Source of the DNA: Pecten maximus
Lineage: Eukaryota
DNA length: 64,000 nucleotides
Direction of reading: 5' to 3'
Assembly: GCF_902652985.1 (NCBI RefSeq)
Contig: NC_047024.1
Location: 16,864,001 to 16,928,000 of the forward strand
The translations under genes and the position numbers were made by a program. This document shows positions 27,699-42,600 of this stretch, in pieces. The notes under the pieces were generated by a model, which worked only from the letters and a program-made list of their open reading frames with translations, was not told the DNA's origin and did no database searches. The stretch's first letter is position 1. Every line of letters begins with the position of its first letter.

Positions 27699-30600
27699 GC
27701 GGTACAGAAGATAATTAGATGAAGTTTGAGAATTAATGAATTTGCAATATTCCATATTTATTTTGCAATGCATCAAAATATAATTAATATATATAAACAA
27801 ATATTTCTTCGCAAAAAAGAAAAACAAACAACAGACTCTCCTTTCACGAAGTGATTGTAATGTCATGATGAGATGAGATTGTTGCTTTATATGATCGAAA
27901 TTAAATAAATTACAGAAAAAATGTTAAAATCATAGACAATAGCCTGCTTTCAAAACTATTTTCTGCACACTTATCAACAAAGGCAATTTACTTATTTGTT
28001 TATTAATGTTCTCAATGTGAACTACCTCACAGGTTGATAAAAATAGTCCTCAATCATCCTTCTAATACCATCTTTTGGCATGAAGTCCTTTGAATTTTTC
28101 ATAATTTTCCTGTAACCATGGAAGCTAATGGTGACAACCATAAATATTAACCTTTCTGAATTGTCAAAACTATTAAAGAGGCATTTCTTCATTCGAATGG
28201 CAGATATGAGTTTCACAGTAATGTATAAGGCTTAAAAAGAAAAAAGAAGCTTACACTCATTTTTGTACATAAGATCTGCAATCTCTGCTGCCGTGCATCC
28301 ACACTCCTCCTTAACTTCATTTAGATATCACGTGAACAATGTTGGTGAATTGTTTTCATCGTGATGATAAACCTCAATTATAGTTTGATTATTATGTTAT
28401 GGTAACACACAAAGAAAAATATTATATACAAAAATGAACTATACTCAGTCACATGAATGTGAGCCCCATAGAGCACAAACTCGTGTGTCATCTAAATTAA
28501 CATGTGTGTCATGTAAACAAACATGTATGTCGTGTAAACAAACATGTGTGTCGTGTAAACAAACATGTGTGTCGTGTAACAAACATTTATGTCGTGTAAA
28601 CAAACATGTGTGTCGTGTAAACAAACATGTGTGTCATGTTAACAAACATTTATGTCATGTTAACAAACATGTGTATCGTGTTAACAGACATGTGTGTCGT
28701 GTAAATAAACACGTGTGTCATGTAAACAGACATTTGTGGCATTCGTGTAAATGAAGAAAATGGCTACATATTTAGTACAAAGATACGACAAATACACAAT
28801 ATACTTGTAATCATTTGTCGTGGTTTAATGAGTAAATATTTAGCTTTAATGTCTGATTTGTCAGCGTTGTAGCGAGTGCAACTATGAGCAAAACTTAATT
28901 ATATGAATCTGTCCAGTATCATACAGAAGCATTGCGAATTTTCCATTTGACTCAACCAACGTAGTCTCTTTAAATGCTCTCCTCCATCTTTCCATCTGGT
29001 TGCTAATATTTGTATGACTTATTATGACATTCACTATCTTGTTATGTCCTCATGTTCTCGCTGATTTCGTTTCAGTGACCCATTAGCTGATCACTGTCAC
29101 ACAGAGCCACGCCCTTTTTTACTTTTTTGTTTGTGAACTTGTCTGTTCATGCTTGTTTTGATACTTGTTGGCAGCAATATATTTTCGTAATCCAGGCCGA
29201 AAATTATATTCTCAAAAACAAACACAAAAGTTAAGAGCTTTGTGTTTTCTTTCGACTTTGAATGTTTCAAATTGAGAAAAAAATAATGGTTTCCGGCTTA
29301 CTTTTACTTTCAAAACAAAAAATCATTTTAACGACAGAATACCCCTTTACGATAACTTCTCGGAACCTCAGGTACAGACATCGCTCATTTGGTCTAGTGG
29401 TGCCTTTTGAGATGGAGCACGTGCTTTGCATTTTTGGTAATTTTCCTCTAGCATTGGAAAAATATCATTAAAACTTAAATATCTCACTTTATGCCAACAA
29501 CCAAATTCATACATGTATGAGAAGTGTTCTTAAGCAGGGCAGGCTGTTTTCAATTTTGATCATTTTTGTTTTCTCTTTTTCCTTGTATTTTATGTCTTTA
29601 TTACATGGATACAAAAAAGGAACATTCTTCTTTTACAGAAAGGCCTAATCTGTCAGAAGGGATCACCTATGCATTTTTTATAAGGGTCTGGTATGCTTCC
29701 AATATCTATGCAATTTACAAATCTCCCGGCGTAACGATAATGACAACAGGACCAACACCAACTATCTTACGAGGGAGTGCGGTATGGTTTAGTATATAGA
29801 CAGCCAATAAATGACTTTCATTACCTCTATATCAATGAATACGTGTAAAACTATCTGAAGCAAAGTGCCAGACGAACTATTTGGAAACAGTATACTGAAA
29901 GGTTATTGCAGACACTTCAGCAATATTTGATATATGAAATTAACATTAAAACTTGATGATTTGAAATAGAAATATTAAAACTTCAAGATATTCATATGTT
30001 ACGTTTGATAACCCAGGTAACTGAATCTAACCACAAGTACAGTCACAAGGACATGGACTACCTGGAGTACCAACCCTTCATGGTCAGCTGGAAAAACAAA
30101 TTCCTGAATGCAGCGTCGTACATCCAGTCCTTCCACATATACATCAGCACTATGCCAGGAGGTAAGCATATTTCATACCTCAGGACTATTTCAGCAGGTC
30201 AGTGTATATGATACCTCAGCACTATTTCAGCAGGTCAGTGTATATGATACCTCAGCACTATTTCAGCAGGTCAGTGTATATCATACCTCAGCACTATTTC
30301 AGCAGGTCGGTGTATATCATATCTCAGCACTATTTCAGCAGGTCGGTGTATATCAAACCTCAGCACTCTTTCAGCAGGTCGGTGTATATCAAACCTTAGC
30401 ACTATTTCAGCATGTCGGTATATATCATACCTCAGCACTATGTCAGCAGGTCATGTATATCATACCTCAGCACTATGGCAGCAGGTCAGTGTATATCATA
30501 CCTCATCACTTTGTCAGCAGGTCGTGTATATCATACCTCAGCACTATTTCAGCAGGTCAGTGTATCTGATACCTCAGCACTATGGCAGCAGGTCTGTGTA

Positions 30601-33600
30601 TATCATACCTTAGCACTTTGCCAGCAGGTGGTCGTTGTATCTTCAAACAGGACAATGTTAGGTATTTTTAATACATTGCATAGATGTCTGCATACTGTAA
30701 GAGGTGAGTTGTATATATACTTTCCTGGGAGCACCAATAGCTGTCAAAGTGCTAAAAAGTTTATCGTTAAGTTTTGCTTTTTTTTTTTACTTATATATAT
30801 ATTTATAAGCTGTACTATATATGTCATTGCAATGTATCTGGTTCAAAGGCATGATGCAGACTGCAGTTTTCCATGTACAACTTACCTTCAAAGTCAAAGA
30901 AGTCAAATATGTTTAGATAGTTCATAGTTTGCTGTGGTCAATGCAAACTATTGTATACACGTAACAAGTTAAGTAAGCAAGTTTCAAAGTGCCTACAGGT
31001 AATTTTATATTTTCAGGGTATTTTTGAAGTTATGCATGACACTGACAAGCTATAATGCCATCGGATGATATTTGTTATCATCAGTGATCAGTTTGACTAA
31101 ATTTAATCAGAAGCAGTCTTTGAATAAGCTAGGTAATAATTGTTGTTTCGCCCTTCTAACAGATGTGAGGAACAGGGTCCCAAACAGAGGTAATTTAGAA
31201 AATTCTTCAAAAATCCTTCTTATGTTGGAATGACATGATTTTATCTTAATCTAGTCTGTAGCTTCCTTGCGTGAAGGGGCCTCAATTTTGTATAAAATCT
31301 AAGTCTGAACTTCCTGTTGCCAAAGGGGTGGGGCAGAACAAAATCCTTCTTTTTTTTCAGTAGTCTTAAAATAACTTGATTTTGTCCAAATTTGATCTAA
31401 ATTAAAGCCCCTTAGATGAAGATATTATTTTGTAAATATGGTCTGTCTGATAACCATGGGGACAGAGGGGTCGGACCAAATAGGATATGACATAGAAAAA
31501 CAGATTTTAAGTCCTTCTGTTATGGGATGACTTAAGGCATTTTTTGCACCAAAATTATTAAGAATAGTATATATATTTATAAACAGTCCAATATTTTCTT
31601 CAGTGCTGTGACCTATTGCAGCTGTGCCTCCAAACATATTTGTCATAATTGATGAGAGTGAAGTTTTAGCTGTCCTAATGTATGTTCTTCTATCACTAGG
31701 TGATGATGTTTACAAAGTGGCGGCAAGTTTCCCAGGCAACACCTTTAGTTACAACTTTACACGCTACAAGCTGAACACTGGAATCAAATATTACACTAAC
31801 GTCGTGTCCTACAGCTTCTCTGGTCTGCATCATACCGAGTCATCGGATGGCTTTGTGATCGACAATACGGTTCCAGTAATGGGTAGTGTGTATGATGGCA
31901 CAGGTGAGTAGCACCAGCTCATCTCCTTCTTCGTTGTTCCTAGCATTATGTTCCCAATTTTCCTTCTTAATTGTTCCAAGAAATTTTGTTCCCAATTTTC
32001 CTGTCTCATAGTTCCTAGCTATTGTATTTCCACTTTTCCTACCTCATTGTTCAAATATTCCATTAACCAGTCAGTATAATCTTGGTTGTTTTAGAGCTGA
32101 AGTTGCATAGCCAATGTCTACCTTGTCTCCAGTGATACAAAGCATTATGTTGGTTATAGTGACGAAATAGTGGGTTCACACAAGATAGTGCCTTGTCGTC
32201 ATGGCGTGGTGATTGCCATGTTCCGAGATGATGTATGAGCGTTGTGTTTGAAGCAGAGTTGTAGTAATATGAAGTAGTGATCATTTTGTTGATTTATAAT
32301 GAATACCTGTGTTTGGTGTATAATGAATACTTTTGTTGGTAAATGATGAATACCTTTGTTGGTGTATGATGGGTACCTTTGTTGGTGTATGATGGGTACC
32401 TTTGTTGGTGTATGATGGGTACCTTTGTTGGTGTATGATGGGTACCTTTGTTGGTGTATGATGGGTACCTTTGTTGGTGTATGATGAACACCTATGTTTG
32501 TGTATGATGAACACCTATGTTGGTTTATGATGACTACCTTTGTTTGTGTATGATGAACACCTTTGTTGGTGTATGATGAACACCTTTGTTGGGTTATGAT
32601 GAATACCTTTGTTGGTTTATGATGAATACTTTTTGTTGGTGTATGATGAACACCTTTATTTGTTTATGATGAACACCTTTGTTCGTGTATGATGAATATC
32701 TTCATTGGTGTATGATAAATACTTTTGTCAGTGTATGATGAATACCTTTATTGGTTTATGATGAACACCTTTGTTCGTGTATGATGAATACCTTCATTGG
32801 TGTATGATAAATACTTTTGTCAGTGTATGATGAATACCTTTGTTTGCGAATGATGAATACCTTTGTTTGCTATGGGGGATTTATAGCCACTTGGTGATTA
32901 TGGAGGTATGTACTATTGTAGTCAGATAGTAAATGTGGAGATGTGTAGCCACCTTGTGTTTTTTTTTATATATAGCCACGGTATGACTGTGGGGATGTCA
33001 GGTGTAAACGATACAGAAACCAGTGATCAAAATGCTGATATTTGCCTGTTTGATGTAAAATACCTCGATTGCTAGATGTTGTCAAATCTCTTAGCTATCC
33101 TGCATATTAGCTGCATTCAGCTGTGTAATAATTTTGTTCCCAGGGAACGATAACAGTTATCACAACTACTACACTTCATTCTGTATGTCTAGAGATCTAG
33201 ATCCTCTACATTTTTCGACAAGTTTGTTTGAACTAGGTAGGCTTCATAATTATATCAAGTTTTGTTTAATGAGTCTAACCTCTGATTATTTGTATTCCTT
33301 TACCTTTTAGAAATTTGAATATTGACTTTTTAGTGATTTCAATGCAAAATAGTATGCAACACTATCTGATATTCGACGGCCATATATTTTTCCATTTTCC
33401 GATACTCTTGTAGTAAAGCTTAAGTAATGGTGCAGCATCTGTGGTCAGTCGTCCCACCATCAACATTTCCTTTAACGAAAGAATGGATTTAGATAAAGTT
33501 TGGTCTGGAGCATTATTGGGCAAAGGAGATCTTATGTTGCATAAGCGTTGTATGTGGCTCCCCTGGGGCCAAATACGGGAAATAGAGGAAAATCCTTTGT

Positions 33601-36600
33601 ATTGCTACCTGTACTAGTCCTGATTGAATGACTAAATGGATTTTGATGAAAGTTCAGTAGCATTATTTAGCAAACGAGATTTATTGGTGTATAGATAGTG
33701 AGTGTGACTCGCTGGGACGAGGGATGAGGACCAATAGGGAACTAGGGGTTGAAGCATTTCTGGAAATTTAATGATGACATATTTAGTCAACAACTGTCTT
33801 ACATATGGTCAAGGAAAATGTATATTATTGACAACGACACTACAATATTGATATCAATAGTTAAAGAGAAATACAACAGGTTAAGTTGAAATAATAATTG
33901 AATACATAAATATGTAATACATGCATCTAAATAGTTCGTTAGTAATATAATGATGGACAGATATCACAGTTATGTTCTTTGAGATTGGGATATTACACTA
34001 ATATTCTGGTAGCTTGATCAATCAAGCAGAGGGCTCTGATTCTGTGTTGGTCATATCAACTTTTACAACCTCTACAGAGTCATCAGCATGATTGAAAAGG
34101 CTCAACACCAATTGACCAATTTTTTTTAAATTAGCACAAATACTTCTATCACAGCTTTGAATGATTTCATCTCAAAAGTTGTTTACTTTAACAGTAAAAC
34201 GTCAATACATATTGCATTATGATACCATAAAATACTGTTGGACGTATTTCTTAAAAGATAAAAGACATTTTGCATTTTTGTACATAAGATGGTAAACTGT
34301 TCCATATTTGAGGACCTTAGAAGGTGAAAGATCTTTTGAATACATTTGTTTTGAAAGATGGCATGTAAAATACATTCTGTGTTGACAATATGGTAGTTCT
34401 TGTTACAATTTCGGATGACAACTTAAAGTTAATCAAGTAATATGGGGCCATATTGTTAAGGACTTTTTAGATCAGAATAGATTTGTTGCATAAAATCCGG
34501 TTTTTAACAATAAGCCATTTGAGTTTTTTAAACATATCTGATGATGATGTATTATAATCACATTTTAAAGTAATCCTTGCTGCACGCTTTTAAGGTCTTT
34601 CAAATTTAGCAATGTGATTTTGTGAAGCATTTCTCCATAGGGTAGAGCAGTAGTAAAAGTGGGGATTAATCAGTCAATTGTAGTAAGTCAGACAAGATGA
34701 TTCTGTGAAAAAAGGTCGAATACGTCTTATTTGGAAAAAAATGGTGATATAACTTTCTTGATGTTTTTGCAATTTGTTTGTCCCACCTTAGACAACCATA
34801 AATGTAATTCCAAGAAGATTTTCTTGTTTCACATTCTATCGTCGATTGAGACAGAGAGCTGTTCGGTTTGTTTAGATTTGCATTGACAGGAAATTCTGTG
34901 TAACATGTTATATGCCTCATCTTCTTGGTTGGTGGTAACATGTAAGTATCACACACTGTGTTTAAGGTTCAGAACTTCAATGTCCAATATGCAGCACCAG
35001 GAGAGGTTTGTACTGTGTGACAATTAACAGGTTGATCTGGCGGTATTGCAGCTTTGTGTCACTAATATATAATGTAGAAGTGGTTGTCATCATGCATTAA
35101 CTCTTTTGGAATGTTTTTGGATTGGGCTATTTTTGGCACATTCTTAACCAACCATTATCTGTTGGAAGGGTGCTATTTTCAAGAAGCCCCTTGTCTGTGA
35201 TCCATTGTTCGTCTTTTTTTGTTTTGTTTTTTTGAGACGAAGCAGAAAAATACAGTGGACATCAGATGGCGATCATGCATTCATGTTGTTTTCACTTATG
35301 TTTTTTATCAGGCATTGCTGCATAGATGCTTCATGTGAGTAATTGTGCATATTTATGCAATTTTCAAACTGATCGGAAATACAAAATATTACATGCATAT
35401 GGCTGACAGGCACACGCTGTACATACAAGTAATACACTTGTGTTTCTTTTTCAAGTCTTCATCCCTTAAGACCACAAGTTTGGGTATCCTCTTGCTAAGC
35501 GTACTCTCAATGCTTTAAAAAGGGTTGACAAGCTCACCAATTATATAACGAAGAAGGAGAAAATGTTTCAGCCAGACCATGGTTCGAACCTGGGACTCCC
35601 GAACACTATCCGAATGTTCTACCAATGGGACTACCTGGTCGCCGATGGTCGACCCAGTCCAGTTCCGCTGCATTCCTCGCGACGATGCAGTGATGCAATA
35701 TATTTTGTTAATACAAGCTTCCTTTTGATTGATTATTTTGGGTAATTGCAAAAGGTGGTTATGTTATATTTCAAGGCTTTTGAGAAAACTTGTCTTCCTT
35801 AAGAAATAACTTAATAAAGGTAGGATAATAACACATACGTCTTAGGTGGACTTATTTTCCCCGCCCAGAAAAGTTGGCGGGGGATGTACAAATTGGTTCC
35901 GTCCGTCCATCCGTATGCACTTTCTGCGCGATATCTTTTGAAGGAATGATCGCAGTATGCTGAAACTTGCTTAGTTGACTTATTACCAAAACCTTTCACT
36001 CAAGTTTGAGTATCGTTAGATTCTGTGCATATCCAATGATGCTGCTGTTATCTGATTGACTGATTGCCTTCTAAACGATATCATTTGAAGGAATGATCGG
36101 ATTTCGATGAAACTCGCTTGGTAGACCTATTACCTAAACCTTCACTCAGGTTCGATCATCGCCATATTTGTCGCATATTTAATGAAGCTGGTGTTATATG
36201 ATTGGCTGATTGCTTTCCGCAGCACGATATGTTTTGAAGGAATGATAAGATTTTGATAAAACTCCCTTGGTAGACTTATTACTAATTATGTTGATTACTT
36301 TAATGGGAACATATAATGACAGAACACAAATACATGTTATGATTCTAAATGCTATGTCATGTGTTTCATGTTTTTATGCATGTTGTTCAGTTTAATTGTT
36401 ATGGGGGATCTTGACGACTATGTACCTGTGTCTTATATTGTCATTAGCGTTAACGACCAATCATTTGCCTTTGTCATAGATGTTTCTTGGTAACCCCACA
36501 ATGATGTTTCGATTAATACTGACATTTACTTAACACTAACACTATTTGTCGATGTATACACATCAGTCTCTGCTCAGTTTTATCTTTGATAATATGAAAA

Positions 36601-39600
36601 TCGCCAAAGTAGTCCCCAAATCTGATAAGAACAAAAGAAGGGAATGCTAATTATGTTCTCTTTGTTTTCAATATCACTTCAAACCTTTTTTGCATTTTGA
36701 TTTTTTTAAGAACAGCATGTCTGCATGTAACCGGTACATTTGTTTACAAGACTGCAAGTGCACTACTCATATGTACAGCCTGACGCAGCCATGCTGTATT
36801 TTGATAGTTCAAGTTGTGTATTAGCTCACGTGTCTGAAGGGCAAGTGAGCTCATGGCACTACTCCCCGTCAATAGCCAAAATGTGCATGGTACTGATATA
36901 TATAACATACTGGATCAATCATGTTTGCAAACCCAAACAGTTTGATTTTCCAAAATATTTAAATAAATGTATCTAATATGTGTTATTTATCCCCAGGTAT
37001 ACATGACGTGGATTACCAAAGCAGTTTGTCACTTTTTGGGGCAAAGTGGCATGGTTTTGTGGACCTTCATGCAGGAGTGAAGACTTACCATTGGTGTGTA
37101 GGAAGCACGAAAAGCAAGACAGAGTGTTCGGTCAAACAATGGGAGGCTGTAGGTCTCCGCACTGCTGTCAGCAGCAACTTGACAACATTACTCTCTCATG
37201 GTAAATTACTAGATATTTACTGCTTCAATGTTATGTCAATTCACTTTCTAATATTTGTTCACCGACCTGAAAATGCAAAATTTACAGCATGCTGGAGTAA
37301 AGGGCACTACTGAGTTGGGGTTTTTTTTTTTTTTTTTTTTTTTAATGAACAACAATATGTGGGACAGTAATTTATGGTAATCTGATGGATCGCAATGTGG
37401 TACATTAAGAAACATGGCATACTTTAAAAACCAAGATCAACTGATCTAATAATCAAACTGATACATATAATTATAGTATGCCAATAAAACAAGCTTTAAA
37501 AAATTAAAAAAATATATATATATATACATCATCTGTTAGCAGAATCTTAACACAACCACTGCCTTTTTATAGTAATTGAATTCCTGAAAATGATATAGGA
37601 TTATATTAATTAAAACATCCAGGAATGCACAAAGAAAAACAAAACATGTCCTTCTTGTTTTCTGCCATATTATTTTCTTATACCACTTGCTGTTCTTCTT
37701 TAATTTGATCTCTCGTGCACAGCACCTGTGAGTGCATGACATTGGCACTTTGATTAATAAACTGATGTTAAGGTACAAAAGTAGATAAAAAGATTATTTT
37801 TACGCCTTAAAAAATCACATACTCACTAAAAATACCAATTCTGATATGACCATTTTGATTCTGCACCCTTTATCAGCCTGAGAATTCTGATATCAAAAAC
37901 AGAGATATCGGCCCTTAATGATTTGGGTTGGACTTTGTAAATCAATCTTTAAATCATTTTCCATGAAACAACAGTTTCCCATGCATGCGATATATGCTTC
38001 TTTACATCAAAAGCACACAGTAATAAGCAGAAGCGGCAAAATTCGGAAATCTGGGAGTGGTGTGATAATAACAGGGTAGATATAAACTTATCAGACTTGT
38101 AACAAATACCACAAGGGTGTTAGTAGTAAATATATGATAGCTATTTGTGCAGAATACAAGGTACATGCTGTTTGTTTGTTTTTATTTCTAGGTATGAGGG
38201 TATATAATAAGGTGTATGCCGTGGACGGCCTTGGTCAGAAGTCTGATACTGCTGTGTCTGATGGAGTAACAGTGGATACTACACAACCAATCCCATATCA
38301 GTTAGTACACCATGACACCATCAATTTGGCTGCCAACCCATCTTTCGAAATCAGTGGTGGCCATTCCATTCAATGGGACCAAGCCAATATTACGGACATA
38401 TGTAATGTGAATTCAACACTTCACCCAGACATATGGATGAGTGCCATGGATACATGCACTGCTGTTGTATCATCTGATACCAACCTGGCTAAAGATGGCA
38501 GGTCCATGGTGGTGTTGCGAGGTGTCCTGTCACAGGAAATAACTGAACTTGAGGTGGGTGGTCTGTACCGGGTCACATTTGTTACTTCCCATCTTCCAAG
38601 TACGGAATCTGTAATTGCTAATAAGGAAGGCTTTGTCGAATTTGGTAATCGCCATGTCTTCCTTATGTACACCAAAGCTTATCGTTATGATGACTATGGC
38701 ACTGACACAAGGGAGAAAATTTCGTGGCATCTCCACACTTTTTACTTTGTGATAACCAGCACCACAACAATTCTGAGCCTTGGTAGTTTGGACAGGGGTA
38801 CAGGAATATTGATTGATGACGTTCAGGTACATCATGTATCCCACAGTGAAAGTACTACGTCTGATACTGTAAATGCACATGTGGTATTTTTACATGAATG
38901 GGGATCGATACATGGGTCATGGAGCTTTGTTGATGCAGAGAGTCACATCACCGAGTACCTGTGGGCTATAGGTAGGTACCGCTTTGCCTTGTAATAAAAA
39001 TACAGATAATGATCACATAATCTGTTTACGATAAGTGTTTGAGTCAAACAAGCATGGCTGTTACTGATGATAATGAAAATTGTTGGTTTCTATCAATCAT
39101 ATTTATAAACCTCTGAGACCAGAACTACATGTACATTTTAGTTGTGCAAAGTCTAAAATATTACATACAAAATCAGAATTTCTTATCCAAAAAAAAAACT
39201 CCACTTGAAAGCAACTAAGTGCCTTGATAGTAAATCTTTTAAATTGTTACACGTGTTGAATTAGAACAACTGATTATAGATTTCAATGAAATCTGGTCTA
39301 GAGCATTTGTAGGCAAAGATTAGGGATCCAATGTGGGTTTTTTTTAACGGAGGGTATTGCCCAAAACGGGATGTAGAAGTAAATCATTAAAAATCCTTAA
39401 TAGTCCTGAGGGACAAGCCTCGTGTTTGGCAACTTAAGAATCTGTCCCTAGGCTTGAGATCACCATGTCTCACCCCCAGAGGGGTGAACGTTTCCATCAA
39501 TACCGATTTCTTAACATCTTAAGTTATCTACCCAACACAGCTGTGTTTGTTGTTCATTGTCACCTCAGCCAGATGGTGGCCTACAGGAGAAATATTGTTT

Positions 39601-42600
39601 TTGTTCCTTAATCTTAGTAAAATTAGAAGGTTTGTTTTGATTGGGAGTACATCATATTCTTTTGTCCCTGATTAGTTAGATAGTTTTTTGGCCATTATAT
39701 TCAATTTATACTTTTATTTGTGTCACTTTTAAACTTGAATAGGTTACAAAAAGGGAGGTACACAGGTACAGGATTTCCGCAGTGTAGGACAGCAAAGATT
39801 TGCTTATAACAACACTGTCAGCCTTGTACACAAGTCTGAGGTATTCATTACTGTGGTGGCTACCAGTACCTCTGGGCTTCAAGGTGTTGCCTACTCCCTA
39901 CCCATCCTCATAGACCTCACCCCACCCATCATCACCGCTGTCAATGATGGTTCTGGTATGTATACATTCAAATTGCTACAAATCAATTTTACTTCACCTT
40001 TGCTGAATCTAGGTTTAAAGTTACTTTATCTGGGTTTCACCTTAAAATAAATTATTGTGAAGAAATTATATTACATTTTTGCTGGAATGCGCACCTGTAC
40101 TACACAATTGCCATTCATCCTAGATAGTGACCTATGTATAACTGTGTCACATTAATTTGTAACATCTTTCTTCAACAAATGAGTCATATGAAGTATGAAA
40201 TTTAATATCACCATCTAATTTGGCGTAATATCACTATATTTTAATATTTGGCATTTGACTACATGTTCTACTGAAGACCTTGGTTGTTGGATGATATCTG
40301 TATATGAAATATTGATAATTTGTTTAAATTTTCTAGGTTTATATTAACTTAAAGCCATTGTCCCTACAGATCTACATCCACCTAAACAGCTCATATCACA
40401 GAAAGAGTTTATGGTTTAAGGTGCATTTTTGATAACTCCTAATGGTATAGCGAAATGAATTGATATATCAAAAAACATTCAGGGTACACTTTAAAGATAT
40501 GACATGTACATGTTTATATGATTCCTATCTCTAAAATCAGCTCCCATGATTTTATTATTTGATTAGAATTGATACAGCTGATAGGTACAATACTCCAAGA
40601 TTTTTTTAAAGAAATTGTCTAGCTTAATTAATCTGAGATCACCACCATAGTTTCAAGTAAGTAGGATGTGGCCCTTGATGTGTATATTAAACAAAATATA
40701 GTTCAGCAGACAAGGTTCAGGAGCTTACTCACTGTCAATATTTTATTACTAATGATTGTAACTTAATTTTTCAGGCACGGGAACAACAGGTAAGTACGCA
40801 ACATAAACTTTTTATTTTCCAGACAACATTTAATACAGGTCCGGAAAAATGGGAATAAAAGGTCAAAAATCAGAACAAATGCATTTTAAGCTCAGATGTG
40901 AGTTTTAAATGCCATAATACGGTTGTCAGCATCAACTTGTTTTATTTTAACAACTTCTCAATAATCAAGATGCCAAGAGCTATTTAATAGTATTGTTGTA
41001 TACCGGAACAATTGTGGCTTCTGAAAGGAAAATATTAAATTAAAACTAAAATAACAATATGCATAACCTGTATTCAAGGTCAAGTCTGTATTCAAGGGAT
41101 CAAGTCTGTGGAATCATTAAACCTCATACTGATAATATATATCGAGGTTTATCTTCACAAAAACGTTATATGAAACAATGCTTACGACTGTCGTTGCAAC
41201 GTTTGAAGACCAACTGGTATCTTTGGCAAGCTTTGACTTAATGTGTGAGCTAGGGAAAAGCATGCTTACCTGTACATTTATGTGACGAATTGGTAACTTT
41301 AATTATAGCTGCACGATGGGAAATTTGGATAACGACATAGAGTGTATATAAACACTGTACCGAATAATGTACTGATCGGGTGAAGACATATTCCCCTGTT
41401 CCGCTTGGGTCAGTAATGGGTGGGAAATATGAGGAAATGTGACTTAACTGGTGGACTCCCTTATCCCTCATCTTACTTGATATTTTTGGTTTTTCATATT
41501 TGGATGTCTTCTTTGATTTGTCTTGCTTTTGTGTTTTAGCTCACCTTGTCCGACGGAACTAGGTGAGCTCATGCCATCCCGTGGCGTTCGTCGTCCGTTT
41601 TCCTTCTGTCAACAATGGTCTTTTTTTTCATAACCATTGATCAGATTTTGCCCAAATTTGGTCAGAAGCATCCTGATGATGTGTGGACTCACAATTGTAC
41701 AAATGCTAGGGCTGACCCCTCGGACACCTGGGAGCGGGGCCAAGATGGGTCCATTTTGGCTATATGGACGTTTTCTTCTCTGAAACCGAGCAATGTATAT
41801 TGGTCAAACTTGCCTGATAGCATCACTATTGGGAAGGGATTCAAAATTGTACGAATGGTGGGGCTTATCCTCCGGGGGCCTGATGATATAAACGTCTTCT
41901 TCCCAGGAACCGAGTAATGGATAATGCTCATATTTGCCTGGTATCATCACTATAGGGTTGGGATTCAAAATTGTACAAATGGTGGGTCTGACATAATGTC
42001 AAAACTCTTCTTAAATTTCAACTTTTCACTCCCTATTGATCCGTTTTGGTCCGATCCGGTGATATTCGTCGTACCGAAAGTCAATGAATTAATCCATTGA
42101 GTGGCTAAGGCATGTTTGACTGTACATTAAAATGCTTCAATGGCAACACATCAGGAAAATGATTCAAAACACCCCAGGATTACATTTGGAGACATCTACT
42201 GAACCTAGAGCAGGACATACAAATACATTGAAATTCTATACAGCTTCTCGACGCATTTAAGCATGTTTATGTTGTGCATTTTTAAATAGATTACATTTAG
42301 CTTATAATACGAAATTTCAACAGCAAGATAATAATACCTAAGAAGTAAAAACCGTCAGTTAAAGCCTGTATAGCTTATATGTATATTGATAAGACATGGC
42401 CACACATCTATTTCTTGTACAGAGCTGGACTTAGACTCCTGGCAACAAGATGAAGTGCTGGTTAACTGGGAGGTCAATGACCCTGAGTCAGGACTCAGCT
42501 TCTGTGAATGGGCAATAGGTGAGCATGACTGAACAGGTAAAAAGAAGTTTCTGTTACTGATGAGTAAGCAAGATCTATACCGGTAAATAGAGTTCTCGAT

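Noticed and set aside
28434-28754. Cys-rich 106-aa ORF (CVSCKQT repeats)
   Set aside because: Translation of the 21-bp minisatellite.
28175-29350. Possible Kolobok-like element (ttaaagaggcatt ... aataccccttta)
   Set aside because: The termini match poorly and the right-hand TTAA target site is not intact.
31888-32870. 23-bp array shares gtgtatgatgg with the exon 21 end
   Set aside because: Only 11 bp are shared and the array starts about 400 bp from the donor; too weak to count as an echo.
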